Below, in pieces: positions 1 through 9,394 of a stretch of 64,000 nucleotides of DNA. The DNA comes from Candidatus Omnitrophota bacterium (GTDB lineage Bacteria > Omnitrophota > Omnitrophia > Omnitrophales > Aquincolibacteriaceae). The DNA lies in contig JAKLFP010000004.1 of assembly GCA_022711115.1 (NCBI GenBank), positions 178,625 to 242,624 on the forward strand. Direction: 5' to 3'. The position numbers and the translations under genes were made by a program. Below the pieces are notes generated by a model. It did not search any database and was not told where the DNA came from. It worked only from the letters and a program-made list of their open reading frames with translations. The stretch's first letter is position 1, and every line of letters starts with the position of its first letter.

Positions 1-1
1 G

Positions 2-160
2 GAACTCGAGAATATCGGATTTGAAGATTTTATCAACGATCCTCAAGCCATTTCCTGCATCGAATGGGCCGACAAGGCGAAAGGCCTCATTCCTGCTTCC
101 GGGCGCCATTTGCGATTTGAAATTCTGGGCGAATCCAAACGGCGCATTTTTATTTCCTAG
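2..160 (+). CDS. tsaE: 3' fragment of tRNA threonylcarbamoyladenosine biosynthesis ATPase TsaE (YjeE), C-terminal ~52 aa only
   Basis: Frame-2 translation ELENIGFEDFINDPQAISCIEWADKAKGLIPASGRHLRFEILGESKRRIFIS* resembles the TsaE C-terminus (IEW..P motif region). The 5' end lies outside the window. Confidence 0.45.
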   Translation, partial: ELENIGFEDFINDPQAISCIEWADKAKGLIPASGRHLRFEILGESKRRIFIS

Positions 161-192
161 CACGTCGTATCTCATTATTTTAAAAAGCGGCC

Positions 193-221
193 TAGCCAGT
201 TCAACCCGCAAAGGGTATAAT
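193..221 (+). promoter_or_regulatory. Putative sigma70-type promoter upstream of the receiver gene (-35 TAGCCA, 17-nt spacer, -10 TATAAT)
   Basis: Perfect TATAAT at 216-221, a weak -35 at 193-198, and an RBS AAAAAGGTGGGG before the ATG at 252. Confidence 0.25.
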
Positions 222-251
222 TAGCTCACTGAAAAAGGTGGGGGGCGAAGC

Positions 252-665
252 ATGATATTCGGAAATAAAAATAAAAAACGTATTCTGGTCATTGATGATG
301 AAGATGATGTATGCCAGATCATCAAGGAACAGTTTGAGCTTTTAGGGCATCAAGTTTTGATCGCGTATGAGGGAATTGAAGGATTCGAAAAAACCATACA
401 AGAAAAACCCGATTGTGTCATTCTTGATATTTTCATGCCGGGTGGGGAAGACGGCATTACCTACCTTCGAAAGATACGCTCCTATTCCAGCGATAATCTT
501 CAGGAACAGGCCCGAATCCGAGAAACCCCTGTTATTGTTTTGACGGGGACCGGCGTTTCCAAACAGGCTATGTTTGAAGCAGAAGGAATCAGCGGGTTTA
601 TCCAGAAGCCATTTAACCTCACCAATATGAGGACTAAAGTTGAGAATATTTTGAAATTGCCCTAG
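252..665 (+). CDS. Stand-alone response regulator receiver domain protein (CheY-like)
   Basis: 137 aa. ILVIDDEDD acidic pocket, phospho-acceptor Asp in VILDIFMPG, conserved T in LTGTG and K in QKPF. No output domain. Confidence 0.85.
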   Translation: MIFGNKNKKRILVIDDEDDVCQIIKEQFELLGHQVLIAYEGIEGFEKTIQEKPDCVILDIFMPGGEDGITYLRKIRSYSSDNLQEQARIRETPVIVLTGTGVSKQAMFEAEGISGFIQKPFNLTNMRTKVENILKLP

Positions 666-787
666 TTGCTTTCTCCAGTTGTTTTCTCCTGCCATTTTGC
701 CTGCCGTTCTTTAGCGAAGTACTCCGAAAAGGGAAAGTTGGTGAAAATAATATTCATATAAATCAAAATAAATATGTAAAAAATACA

Positions 788-815
788 TTGACTAAGATCG
801 ACGATTTCATAGAAT
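788..815 (+). promoter_or_regulatory. Putative sigma70 promoter of radC (-35 TTGACT, 16-nt spacer, -10 TAGAAT)
   Basis: TTGACT at 788-793 and TAGAAT at 810-815. The radC ATG at 822 lies about 7 nt after the -10, which would make the transcript leaderless or near-leaderless. Confidence 0.3.
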
Positions 816-821
816 GGATGC

Positions 822-1502
822 ATGATCAAAAGCATTAAAGATTGGCCAGAGACTGAGCGTCCGCGGGAAAAATTACTGCAAAAAGGCGGCGGGGCATTGT
901 CTGATGCCGAACTTTTGGCGGTCTTGTTCGGATCAGGCATTCGGGGGCAAGATGTCGTGACTTTTTCCAGGGAACTCCTGCTCAAATTCGGAGGGTTGCG
1001 AGGACTTTTGAGCCAGCGACCATGTGATCTGGAAGAAATCAAAGGGATCGGCAAAGCCAAAATCGCGATGCTTTTTTCTATCCGTGAGATCGGGCTAAGA
1101 CATCTTCGGGAAAAAATGATGAAACAGAATTTCGTCCGAAGTCCTCAGGCTGTGACGGATTATCTTTGCGCGTCGCTTCGGGACCAGAAACGCGAGATTT
1201 TTAAAGTCTTGTTCTTAGACCGGTCTTTGAGAATCATGGGGGAGCGGGACCTTTTTTACGGCACGATCGATGAAGCGGCTGTTCACCCGCGTGAAATTGT
1301 TAAAGCTGCGCTGGAATTTCACGCCTCCAGTCTGGTGCTTGTCCATAATCATCCTTCCGGCAAGATTGATCCGAGCCGGGAAGACTATGAGATCACGCAA
1401 AAAATCAAGGCGGCATGTCAGACGGTTTCGATCCGGATTCTGGATCACATCATTATAGGGGAAAATCAGTATTTCAGTTTTTCAGAACGGAATGCGTTGT
1501 GA
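822..1502 (+). CDS. radC: RadC-family JAB/MPN domain protein (UPF0758)
   Basis: 226 aa. N-terminal HhH-like region (LSDAELLAVLFGSG) and a C-terminal JAMM motif (HNHPSG...D). Confidence 0.85.
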   Translation: MIKSIKDWPETERPREKLLQKGGGALSDAELLAVLFGSGIRGQDVVTFSRELLLKFGGLRGLLSQRPCDLEEIKGIGKAKIAMLFSIREIGLRHLREKMMKQNFVRSPQAVTDYLCASLRDQKREIFKVLFLDRSLRIMGERDLFYGTIDEAAVHPREIVKAALEFHASSLVLVHNHPSGKIDPSREDYEITQKIKAACQTVSIRILDHIIIGENQYFSFSERNAL

Positions 1503-2192
1503 CATCCCGCTCAGGCAAGCCAGGAAGGCAGCCCGATCGCGGAGATCTTTGAGCAGATAGTCGGGAGGGGCTTCCCTGAAGTCTTCTTTGGGGGTGTTTC
1601 CGGTGGTGACCACAATGCTTTTAAGGTCAAGTTGTCGCGCGGCCCGGACATCATGCAACGTGTCACCGATGACATAAATGTTTTCTTTGGAGAAAGGCTG
1701 TCCCGCAAGTTTTTCGGAACGGCGGATGGCCGTTTTCAAAATATCCGGACGTTTACTTGCGTCGGAGGCAAACCCGCCGCATTTGAAATGATGATGGATA
1801 TTCCCGCGTTCCAGCTTCATCCATCCGGCTTCTTCGAAGTTTCCTGTTCCGAGCGCGAGAAGAAATTCCTTTCTTTGGGACAAAAATTCCAGAAGTTCAG
1901 GAACCCCGGGCATAAGGCGATAAGATTTCGAATCCTTGATTCGGGCGCGGAAGTAATGATGGTAACGTTCGCAAAGGCGCGTGCTTTCCTCGGAATTCAG
2001 GGACCGGTTTAAGGTTTTCTGGCAAATCGCATCAATGATCGCGGGGTCGGTCTTTCCGTCCGGGACCGTGTCTCCCCAGCAGCTCGGAATCCCGAACATT
2101 TCTTCAAACGCATCCTCCAAGGCAGTTTTGCCGCAACCGCCCGAGAGCAGTAACGTCCCGTCAATATCGAAAATCAGCAGTGTCTTGTTCAT
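1482..2192 (-). CDS. HAD-superfamily hydrolase, phosphoglycolate-phosphatase-like (subfamily IA)
   Basis: 236 aa. N-terminal LLIFDIDGTLL (motif I), motif III Lys region, GDTLHDVRAA (motif IV). The only convincing minus-strand gene in the window; convergent with radC with a 21-bp overlap. Confidence 0.8.
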   Translation of the reverse strand: MNKTLLIFDIDGTLLLSGGCGKTALEDAFEEMFGIPSCWGDTVPDGKTDPAIIDAICQKTLNRSLNSEESTRLCERYHHYFRARIKDSKSYRLMPGVPELLEFLSQRKEFLLALGTGNFEEAGWMKLERGNIHHHFKCGGFASDASKRPDILKTAIRRSEKLAGQPFSKENIYVIGDTLHDVRAARQLDLKSIVVTTGNTPKEDFREAPPDYLLKDLRDRAAFLACLSGMSQRIPF

Positions 2193-2306
2193 AAAATCTA
2201 AGGCCTATGTTTTATGAAAAACATGATTTTTTCTGTCACAGTGCTTAAGAAGTATGGCGGAAATTTTAGCATAGGATGCGGGAAAAGGTATGCTATATTA
2301 CCGGCC

Positions 2307-3569
2307 ATGAAAAAATCCGATTGGTTACCCCTGGCAATCGTTTTTGCGGCGGTGTATTTCTTTTCCATGAACGGTCTCGGGGCTTTGCCGACGTTGACGA
2401 TTAGTTTTTTGCTTAAAGAAAAAGCAGGTTTAACGCCCGACAAAATGGCTTTTTTTCAGGCGGTCACTTTGGTGGCATGGGTCATCAAGCCTCTTTGGGG
2501 GCTCATCTCAGACCTTTTTCCGATTTTCGGCTCCAGGCGCAAATCCTATCTCATGATCACTTCACTCATGGCTGCAGCGGCATGGCTTGTTCTCATCATC
2601 TTACCTTATACCCATGTGCATCTTCTTTTGCTGGTGATGACGCTCATCTATATGGCCTATGCCTTTCAAGACGTGGTGTCGGATGGGTTGATGGTGGAAG
2701 TCGGGCAACCCCTCAAGATGACAGGACAGTTTCAGTCGATCCAATGGGCGGCTGTCTACATGGCCATGATTGTGACATCGCTGGCGGGCGGTTGGGTGGC
2801 GGAGCTTGCACGAAAAGGTTCGGTTTCTTACGGATTTATTTTTGGGATCACCGCCGTCTTTCCGATGTTGACAGCCATCATTGTATTTTTTTTGGTGCGG
2901 GAGCCGTCCAGGAACCAGGCGGCGCATACCGCGGGACTCAGTCTTCGTGATGTTTTTCATCACCGCGCGGTCTGGGTTCTCGGATTTTTCCTTTTCTTAT
3001 GGAATTTTTCTCCGTCGTTTGGCGCTCCCTTTTTTTATTATGCCGTGGATCAACTAAAATTCAGCCCTTCTTTTCTCGGAATTTTACAAGCGATCACAAG
3101 CGCGGGTGCTTTGTTAGGGAGCATGCTCTACGGTTTACTTTTTGAGAAATTTCCGATGAAAAAGTTTTTGGTCATTGCCGTTTTTGTCGGCGTGTTTGCG
3201 ACCCTTTCGTATTTTATCTACTTTGTGCCGTGGCTTATGCTCCACTCCCAGGTTCTTAAAGGCCTTGCCCTAGCGATGAATTTTCTTCTCGGGATGGCGA
3301 GCGCCGTGATTTTTCTGGCGCTTCTCAACCTGGCGGCCAAGGTCTCGCCGCAATATGCGGGGGGGACTATTTTTGCCCTTCTGATGTCTTTTTATAATTT
3401 TGGGCAAATGGGATCAAGTGCCTTAGGAGGTTTTTTGTTTCCCCGGGTGGGTCTTGAAATGCTGATCTTGATCTCCGCGGCATTCTCGCTTCTGGTTCTC
3501 TTTTTGATTCCTCATCTTCCGGAACACGCGGAAACCGTTGCGCCAGTTCATCCGGAAAGGGCCTCATGA
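2307..3569 (+). CDS. Folate-biopterin transporter (BT1) family MFS permease
   Basis: About 12 TM helices. BT1 signature WVIKPLWGLISDLFPIFGSRRKSYL. The ORF is open from the ATG at 2214, but that would leave only 21 bp to the divergent HAD gene, so the ATG at 2307 (MKKSDWLP) is preferred. Confidence 0.7.
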   Translation: MKKSDWLPLAIVFAAVYFFSMNGLGALPTLTISFLLKEKAGLTPDKMAFFQAVTLVAWVIKPLWGLISDLFPIFGSRRKSYLMITSLMAAAAWLVLIILPYTHVHLLLLVMTLIYMAYAFQDVVSDGLMVEVGQPLKMTGQFQSIQWAAVYMAMIVTSLAGGWVAELARKGSVSYGFIFGITAVFPMLTAIIVFFLVREPSRNQAAHTAGLSLRDVFHHRAVWVLGFFLFLWNFSPSFGAPFFYYAVDQLKFSPSFLGILQAITSAGALLGSMLYGLLFEKFPMKKFLVIAVFVGVFATLSYFIYFVPWLMLHSQVLKGLALAMNFLLGMASAVIFLALLNLAAKVSPQYAGGTIFALLMSFYNFGQMGSSALGGFLFPRVGLEMLILISAAFSLLVLFLIPHLPEHAETVAPVHPERAS

Positions 3570-4225
3570 TCGAGAGAAAACTCTTTTTGATATACAAGGT
3601 TTGAGCGGGGCTTCAGGTTTTAGAAAACCAAACAAGAATGTTTTTCACATCCTGACTAATATTCTGTTGATTTTATTTTTACTGTGGTTGCGTGGAAACG
3701 CCATGATGTTTTCTGACTCCGGCATTGTTAATTGATCACCGCTTATTGCGATTGTCCTATTTGTATCAATGTTCTGGAGTTCCGGGATGGAAAATTTGCC
3801 AGTCACCATCCGGTGTGCTGGGGTGGGGTGGCCGCAGACAAGGCAATTCCATACGGGGCCCGTGATATGTAGAACTTATTTCGGTCCCGGGCTATGATTT
3901 TTGGGCCAACCGGGTCATTTTAAAACAACCGACGCTATTTTACGGTTGAAAATAGGGGAGATAAAATTCGAGGTCAGCATTCCGATATTTATATCTCTCA
4001 GTCCTTTGGGGAACATCAACCGGTCTTGCCGCTAGGGAGTCCGTTTCATGCGTGTTAAGATTAATGGACGACTTATAGCTTGAAATTTTTCTCCAGGACC
4101 TTTGGCCCCTGAGGTTTAAAAGCGCTTTTAGGATGATTAGGATTTGGATATACTACTCTATTGATCAGCTTGTCTGGGAATGATAACGCACCGATGGAAT
4201 AATATAGAATGCTTAGGGGATAAAA

Positions 4226-6616
4226 ATGGACGAGGATGCTAAAAAACAATCCGGATTTCTGGATCAAAAGAATTCACTGGAGCTTTCAGAACAAACCCTG
4301 ACTTCTTCCCGTGCCTGGCTTGAGGTTCGTGATGTCATGAGCCGTGATGTGGTGACGGTCTCTAAGGAGAGTCCGGTTGTTGAGGCTGCTCAAAAAATGA
4401 CGGCGCGTAATATTTCCTGCTCGGTGGTGGTGGAAAATAATCAGGTGGTTGGTTTGATCACAGAAAGGGATCTGCTTCAAAAAGTGGTTGCCTTGGGAGC
4501 GAATTCTCAGGTGCGGAAAGTTTGCGAAATAATGAGTTCTCCTGTTCTGACTGTTTCTCCTCTGATGTCGATTTTTGAAGCCAGTGCCGTCCTGGAAACC
4601 CACAAGATTAAGCGTCTTCCTGTGGTGGATAACGGTTTGTTAGTCGGGATTGTGACCCAAACAGATCTCACGCGTGTTCTGGCTTCTTACGGGATGTGGC
4701 GAAATGTGGGAGAGCTTATGAGCCATGCTGTGGCGGTTATCAAAAAAGATTCGCTTGTATCGGAAGCGGCGAAATTGATGGCGGAGCGTAATATTTCCTG
4801 CGTTATCGCACTTGATGAGGACCAAGTCGTCGGCATCATGACGGAGCGGGATATGATGAAAAAAATTGTTGCTTTGCAAAAAGACCCCACAAAAGTTTGG
4901 CTCCATGAGGTTATGTCATCGCCGGTGCTAAGTATCGGGGCGGATCAATCTGTTTTTGAAGCCTTGAAATTAATCGAAGCAAAGAAAATACGTCGATTGG
5001 TGGTCATGCAGGGACCGCGTCTGCTCGGGATTTTAACCCAAACCGATATTTTTAGGGCGATAAAGAAAAAACTCGAGGATGAAGAAGCCCATCATTTAAG
5101 AGTTTTGGAACGTTCCGAAAATGGGATTTTTGCGATAGATTTAAAAGGGATCACAACGTATGTCAATCCTGCTTTGCAAAGACTTCTCGATCTGGAAAAT
5201 AAAGAAGAATTGGTCGGCAAGCCTTTTTTGCCGGAACGTTTTTGGATCGATCCGAAGGACCGCACTCAGCTTATGGGGGAGTTGAAAAGGGACAGCGGCA
5301 TTGAGATCAAAGAACTTGTTTTATGTTCTTTAAAAAATAAACGCATCTATGTGACTCTTTTCTCGACTTTTACCAAAAACATTCACGGTGAAGTCAACGG
5401 AACGCAAGGGATTCTCTACGACATCACAGATAAAAAAGAGCTGGTGGCGTTACGGGAAACACAGGAGGAACTGCGCAGGAGCAACGAAAACCTTAAAAGA
5501 CTTAATGAGGCAAAATCAGATTTCGTATCCCTGGTTTCGCATGAGCTGCGGGCTCCGATGACCGTGATACGTGGCAGATTGGATCTTGTGATCTCCAAGG
5601 CCTTGGGGGATGTGAATGAAAAACAGGAGAAATCACTTGAGTTGGCGATCCAAAATGTGGATCGGCTTGTGCGAATGGTCAATAACTTTTTGGATCTTTC
5701 CAAGATCGAGGCGGGAAGAATGGAATTGCGAAGGGACTGGATCGATCTTGTGCGAGTGATACAGTTCGCGGCATCGACTTTTGCAAACCATGCGCAGGAA
5801 AAAAAGCTTGCCCTAAAAGTCGAATTGCCTTTTGAACATAAAAAGGTATTTGCGGAGGAAGACCGGTTGTTGCAGGTGCTTTTGAATCTCGTCGGCAATG
5901 CGCTGAAATTTACGAAGCAGGGTGAAGTGAAGATTTCTGTGACCGAGAAAGAAAACGTTTTTGAGTTTATGGTGGCTGATACCGGTCCCGGGATCCCAGC
6001 GGATGAATTGGCCGTGATCTTCGAAAAATTCGGACAGTCAAAGCGTCAAGGTGGTTCTGCCAAGGGCACAGGTTTGGGACTGACCCTTGCGGAGCAATTT
6101 GTCAAAATGCATGGCGGGAAGCTTTGGGTAGAAAGCAAACTGGGGGAAGGGTCGAAATTCTTTTTTGCGATCCCCAAATTATCTGTTGAGAGTGTGTTTT
6201 TGCAAACGATTGCAGATGCGATCAAGGCAGCCTCTGAAAAGGATCTTAATTTTTGTGTAGCTCTGTTGTCCGTGGAGTTTCTTATGGATTCCATCGCGGA
6301 CGTTGCACTTGAATTAAAAACAAGTGTCTTGAAAGGTCTCAAGGCAGTCCTGGAGGATAGCTTGCGTCATGGCGGTGATACGGTAGTCCAGGGCGAAAAA
6401 GAATTAATGGTGCTTTTGACCAATTGCGACAGAGAAGGAGCTGAGAAAGCCCTCGAAAGATTCATTTTGGTCTTAGCGCACTATTTGGCAAAAAAAGAAC
6501 TTCAGGATCAGATTCGGTTTATCTTTGTTTCGTGTGCGTATCCCGAAGATGGATTCAGTGAAGATGAATTGCTTGTGAAACTTAGAGAGAGCATTGCTAA
6601 ATCAAAAAATTTTTAA
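4226..6616 (+). CDS. Soluble sensor histidine kinase: 4x CBS (two Bateman modules) - PAS - HisKA - HATPase_c - degenerate GGDEF-like C-terminal domain
   Basis: 796 aa, no TM segments. Repeated CBS blocks (VMSRDVVTV..., IMSSPVLTV..., LMSHAVAVI..., VMSSPVLSI...). PAS (IFAIDLKGITTYVNPA). H-box SHELRAPMTVIRG. G-boxes DTGPGIP and GTGLGL. A ~150-aa tail aligns to the second half of a GGDEF domain (LRHGGDTVVQGEKELMVLL...FVSCAYPEDGFSEDELL) with a non-canonical active-site motif. Confidence 0.85.
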   Translation: MDEDAKKQSGFLDQKNSLELSEQTLTSSRAWLEVRDVMSRDVVTVSKESPVVEAAQKMTARNISCSVVVENNQVVGLITERDLLQKVVALGANSQVRKVCEIMSSPVLTVSPLMSIFEASAVLETHKIKRLPVVDNGLLVGIVTQTDLTRVLASYGMWRNVGELMSHAVAVIKKDSLVSEAAKLMAERNISCVIALDEDQVVGIMTERDMMKKIVALQKDPTKVWLHEVMSSPVLSIGADQSVFEALKLIEAKKIRRLVVMQGPRLLGILTQTDIFRAIKKKLEDEEAHHLRVLERSENGIFAIDLKGITTYVNPALQRLLDLENKEELVGKPFLPERFWIDPKDRTQLMGELKRDSGIEIKELVLCSLKNKRIYVTLFSTFTKNIHGEVNGTQGILYDITDKKELVALRETQEELRRSNENLKRLNEAKSDFVSLVSHELRAPMTVIRGRLDLVISKALGDVNEKQEKSLELAIQNVDRLVRMVNNFLDLSKIEAGRMELRRDWIDLVRVIQFAASTFANHAQEKKLALKVELPFEHKKVFAEEDRLLQVLLNLVGNALKFTKQGEVKISVTEKENVFEFMVADTGPGIPADELAVIFEKFGQSKRQGGSAKGTGLGLTLAEQFVKMHGGKLWVESKLGEGSKFFFAIPKLSVESVFLQTIADAIKAASEKDLNFCVALLSVEFLMDSIADVALELKTSVLKGLKAVLEDSLRHGGDTVVQGEKELMVLLTNCDREGAEKALERFILVLAHYLAKKELQDQIRFIFVSCAYPEDGFSEDELLVKLRESIAKSKNF

Positions 6617-6673
6617 AACAGGCAATTCGTGACCAAAAGAGATTGGACATAAAAACACGGAATACATGATTGA

Positions 6674-9394
6674 TTGCTTATCGTGCTACTATCCGCAATG
6701 AGATCATCAAATACCCGGGAGAAACATTTGAACCAAACGGATCCGCAAAGGCTAGAAGACCAGATCAGACTTACGCCGATGATGGAGCAATATCGTTCCA
6801 TCAAAAAAACACTCCCATCGGATACGATCCTCTTTTTCCGCTTGGGAGATTTTTATGAGATGTTTTTTGAGGATGCGGTTCGAGCGTCAGATATCCTGAA
6901 GATCACCTTGACCGGTCGCGAGGGGGGAGATGCGGGGCGAATCCCTATGTGTGGAATCCCGTATCATGCTTTTCAGGGATATGTACGGATTCTTCTTGAA
7001 AATAATCTCAAGGTTGCGATTTGCGAACAAATAGGGGATCCCTCTCAAACTAAAGGTCTTGTGGAACGTAAGATTACACGGATTATCACGCCGGCCACTT
7101 ATCTGGACGATGAAACGCCCGTTAAAAATTTGCAATATATGGCAGCCGTTGCGACTGATGAGAATATGTCCGTGCTTGCTTACCTCGAACTGAGTACGGG
7201 AGAATTTTATGTTCGTGAAATCTCTCCGGGGAGGATTTTCGACGAGTTGACACTTCTAGCTCCGCGGGAAGTGGTAGTTCCCAAAAGCCTAGGGGAAAGA
7301 CAGGATCTTACAAATTTCATAAAAGAGAACCTTGGGTCGGTTTTAACGGTTTATGAAGAATGGATCTTTGAATATGAAGATTCCATGAGACTTCTTACGG
7401 AAATATTCAAACTCGGTTCTTCAAAGGGAATTGCCTTTTTTGAGAATCCTCTGGCGGTGGGTGCTTGTGGGGCCATTCTCTACTATCTGAAAGATCATTT
7501 TCATCATGCTCTAGAACATGTCCAAAAGCCGCGTCTTTTCAATGCAAGTCAATTCATGATTCTCGATCGTCAGGCACAAAAAAGTCTGGAGCTTGTAACT
7601 TCACTGAGTGGTCGAAAAGATTGTGGGACTCTTTTATCTATTATCGATTGTGCCTTTACCGCGATGGGTTCAAGGAATCTTTATCATTGGCTGACGCATC
7701 CGTTATTGGATATCCATGAAATTCACCGACGACAAGACGCGATTACGGAATTGATCAAGGAGAATCAGCATACGGATCACCTTAGCCGGTTGCTAAAGGG
7801 CATGAAGGATATGGAACGGACGCTTAGTCGATTGAATTACGGTGTTGCGAATGCAAGGGATCTTGTAAATCTGAGGACTTTTCTGGAACGTGTTCCAGAA
7901 ATACGCAATACGCTTGCCAGTTTCGACTCCCGATTCATTCATGAATTACAAAAGGAGATTCAGCCTTTTCCGAAGGTGAGTGAATTGGTCGCAAAATCAA
8001 TCGTGGAAGAACCCCCACTTGGCGTCAAGGACGGCGGGTTGATCCGCGGCCATTTTTCAGAGGAACTTGACAATTTAAGAAATATTTCCGCAAAGGGGAA
8101 GCAGTGGATCTTGGAATTTCAGCAACGCGAGATCGAACGCACAGGTATCAAATCGCTCAAAGTAAAATATTCTCAAGTGTTTGGGTATACGCTCGAAATC
8201 AGCCGCTCCAACCTGAATGCGGTGCCGGAAAATTATATTCGCAGGCAAACGCTCGCGAATGCGGAACGTTTTATTGTGCCGGAGCTGAAAGAATGGGATG
8301 AAAAAATTTCAGGAGCTCAGGACAAGATCAAAAATCTCGAATATCAGATCTTTCTCGAAGTTCGCGACGGTGTGTTGGCGGATTTGATGCCTCTGCAGCA
8401 TATGGCTAAAGCCGTCGGTATTTTGGATGCCCTGATGGCGCTTGCGCACGTGGCGGTAGAAAAAAAATGGATTCGCCCCGAAGTCAACGAGAACAAACAA
8501 ATCCTGATCAGGGGCGGGCGGCATCCTGTGGTGGAGAACATGCTGCCTGCCGGTAAGTTTATTGAAAATGATGCACACATGGATTGTGATAAGAATCAGC
8601 TGATTATTTTAACGGGTCCCAACATGGCCGGAAAATCTACCTACATCCGACAAATAGGACATATTGTTCTCTTGGCTCAGATGGGATCTTTTATTCCTGC
8701 GAAACAGGCATGCCTCGGACTTGTGGACCGGATCTTTACACGTATCGGGGCTTCGGATGATTTAGCGCGCGGCGAAAGCACCTTCATGGTTGAGATGTTG
8801 GAAACCTCACATATTCTGCAGGAAGCTACGGACCGGAGTTTGCTTATTCTTGATGAGGTGGGACGCGGGACTTCGACATTTGATGGGGTTAGCATTGCCT
8901 GGGCTATCTGTGAATCTCTTGCGCGAGGCGAGGTCCGTCCCAGGACTCTTTTTGCCACACATTATCATGAACTGACTCAATTGGAAGAACATTTTCCCGG
9001 GATTAAAAATTACATGATGACTGTAAAAGAAACTTCGGAAGGGATCCTGTTTTTGCGTAAAGTTTCACGCGGGGCTTCCGACAGAAGCTATGGGATCCAT
9101 GTGGCAGAACTTGCGGGAATTCCTGGCGAAGTCACAAAACGAGCTAAAGAGATTCTTGCCATCCTTGAAAGTGAAAATACGGAAGCTAGTCAAATCATCG
9201 AGAATAAAAAGTCTCGAAGCTCAAAGAAAACTTTCGAAAGCGGGCCGACTTTATTTGATGTGGTGATTACTAAACAAAGTGAAGTAGAAGAGGAATTAAA
9301 AAAGCTCGATGTGGATCGTTTGACGCCGCTGGAAGCTCTTCAAAAGATCACGGCATGGAAATCGAATCTACAAAAGGAGAAAAAGGGTTCATGA
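6674..9394 (+). CDS. mutS: DNA mismatch repair protein MutS
   Basis: 906 aa. N-terminal mismatch-binding motif (TPMMEQYRSIK...GDFYEMFFEDA), Walker A GPNMAGKST, DE-box LILDEVGRGTST, HTH. A later start is possible (MMEQY, nt 6779). Confidence 0.9.
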   Translation: MLIVLLSAMRSSNTREKHLNQTDPQRLEDQIRLTPMMEQYRSIKKTLPSDTILFFRLGDFYEMFFEDAVRASDILKITLTGREGGDAGRIPMCGIPYHAFQGYVRILLENNLKVAICEQIGDPSQTKGLVERKITRIITPATYLDDETPVKNLQYMAAVATDENMSVLAYLELSTGEFYVREISPGRIFDELTLLAPREVVVPKSLGERQDLTNFIKENLGSVLTVYEEWIFEYEDSMRLLTEIFKLGSSKGIAFFENPLAVGACGAILYYLKDHFHHALEHVQKPRLFNASQFMILDRQAQKSLELVTSLSGRKDCGTLLSIIDCAFTAMGSRNLYHWLTHPLLDIHEIHRRQDAITELIKENQHTDHLSRLLKGMKDMERTLSRLNYGVANARDLVNLRTFLERVPEIRNTLASFDSRFIHELQKEIQPFPKVSELVAKSIVEEPPLGVKDGGLIRGHFSEELDNLRNISAKGKQWILEFQQREIERTGIKSLKVKYSQVFGYTLEISRSNLNAVPENYIRRQTLANAERFIVPELKEWDEKISGAQDKIKNLEYQIFLEVRDGVLADLMPLQHMAKAVGILDALMALAHVAVEKKWIRPEVNENKQILIRGGRHPVVENMLPAGKFIENDAHMDCDKNQLIILTGPNMAGKSTYIRQIGHIVLLAQMGSFIPAKQACLGLVDRIFTRIGASDDLARGESTFMVEMLETSHILQEATDRSLLILDEVGRGTSTFDGVSIAWAICESLARGEVRPRTLFATHYHELTQLEEHFPGIKNYMMTVKETSEGILFLRKVSRGASDRSYGIHVAELAGIPGEVTKRAKEILAILESENTEASQIIENKKSRSSKKTFESGPTLFDVVITKQSEVEEELKKLDVDRLTPLEALQKITAWKSNLQKEKKGS

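Noticed and set aside
342-1060. Minus-strand ORFs 342..695 and 662..1060
   Set aside because: They are antisense to the receiver gene and radC respectively, with no motifs. Shadow ORFs.
2477-2950. 157-aa plus-strand ORF in an alternate frame
   Set aside because: It lies inside the BT1 transporter gene, which has clear family signatures in its own frame. The alternate-frame product is Gly/Arg-rich junk.
3570-4225. tmRNA, RNase P RNA, SRP RNA or tRNA in the large gap
   Set aside because: No GGGG...ACCA tmRNA ends, no RNase P P4 motifs (AGGAAAGUCCGGGCUCC), no SRP domain IV (GGUCAGGUCCGGAAGGAAGCAGC) and no GTTCGAATC T-loop could be found. Kept only as an unexplained gap finding.
5416-5898. 160-aa minus-strand ORF
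   Set aside because: Antisense to the histidine-kinase gene. Ser/Arg-rich, no motifs. Shadow ORF.
6674-6778. 35-aa N-terminal extension of MutS (MLIVLLSAMRSSNTREK...)
   Set aside because: The conserved MutS N-terminus begins at TPMMEQY. The extension may be an artefact of the longest-ORF call. The alternative start at 6779 is noted, but the start cannot be decided without RBS or experimental data.
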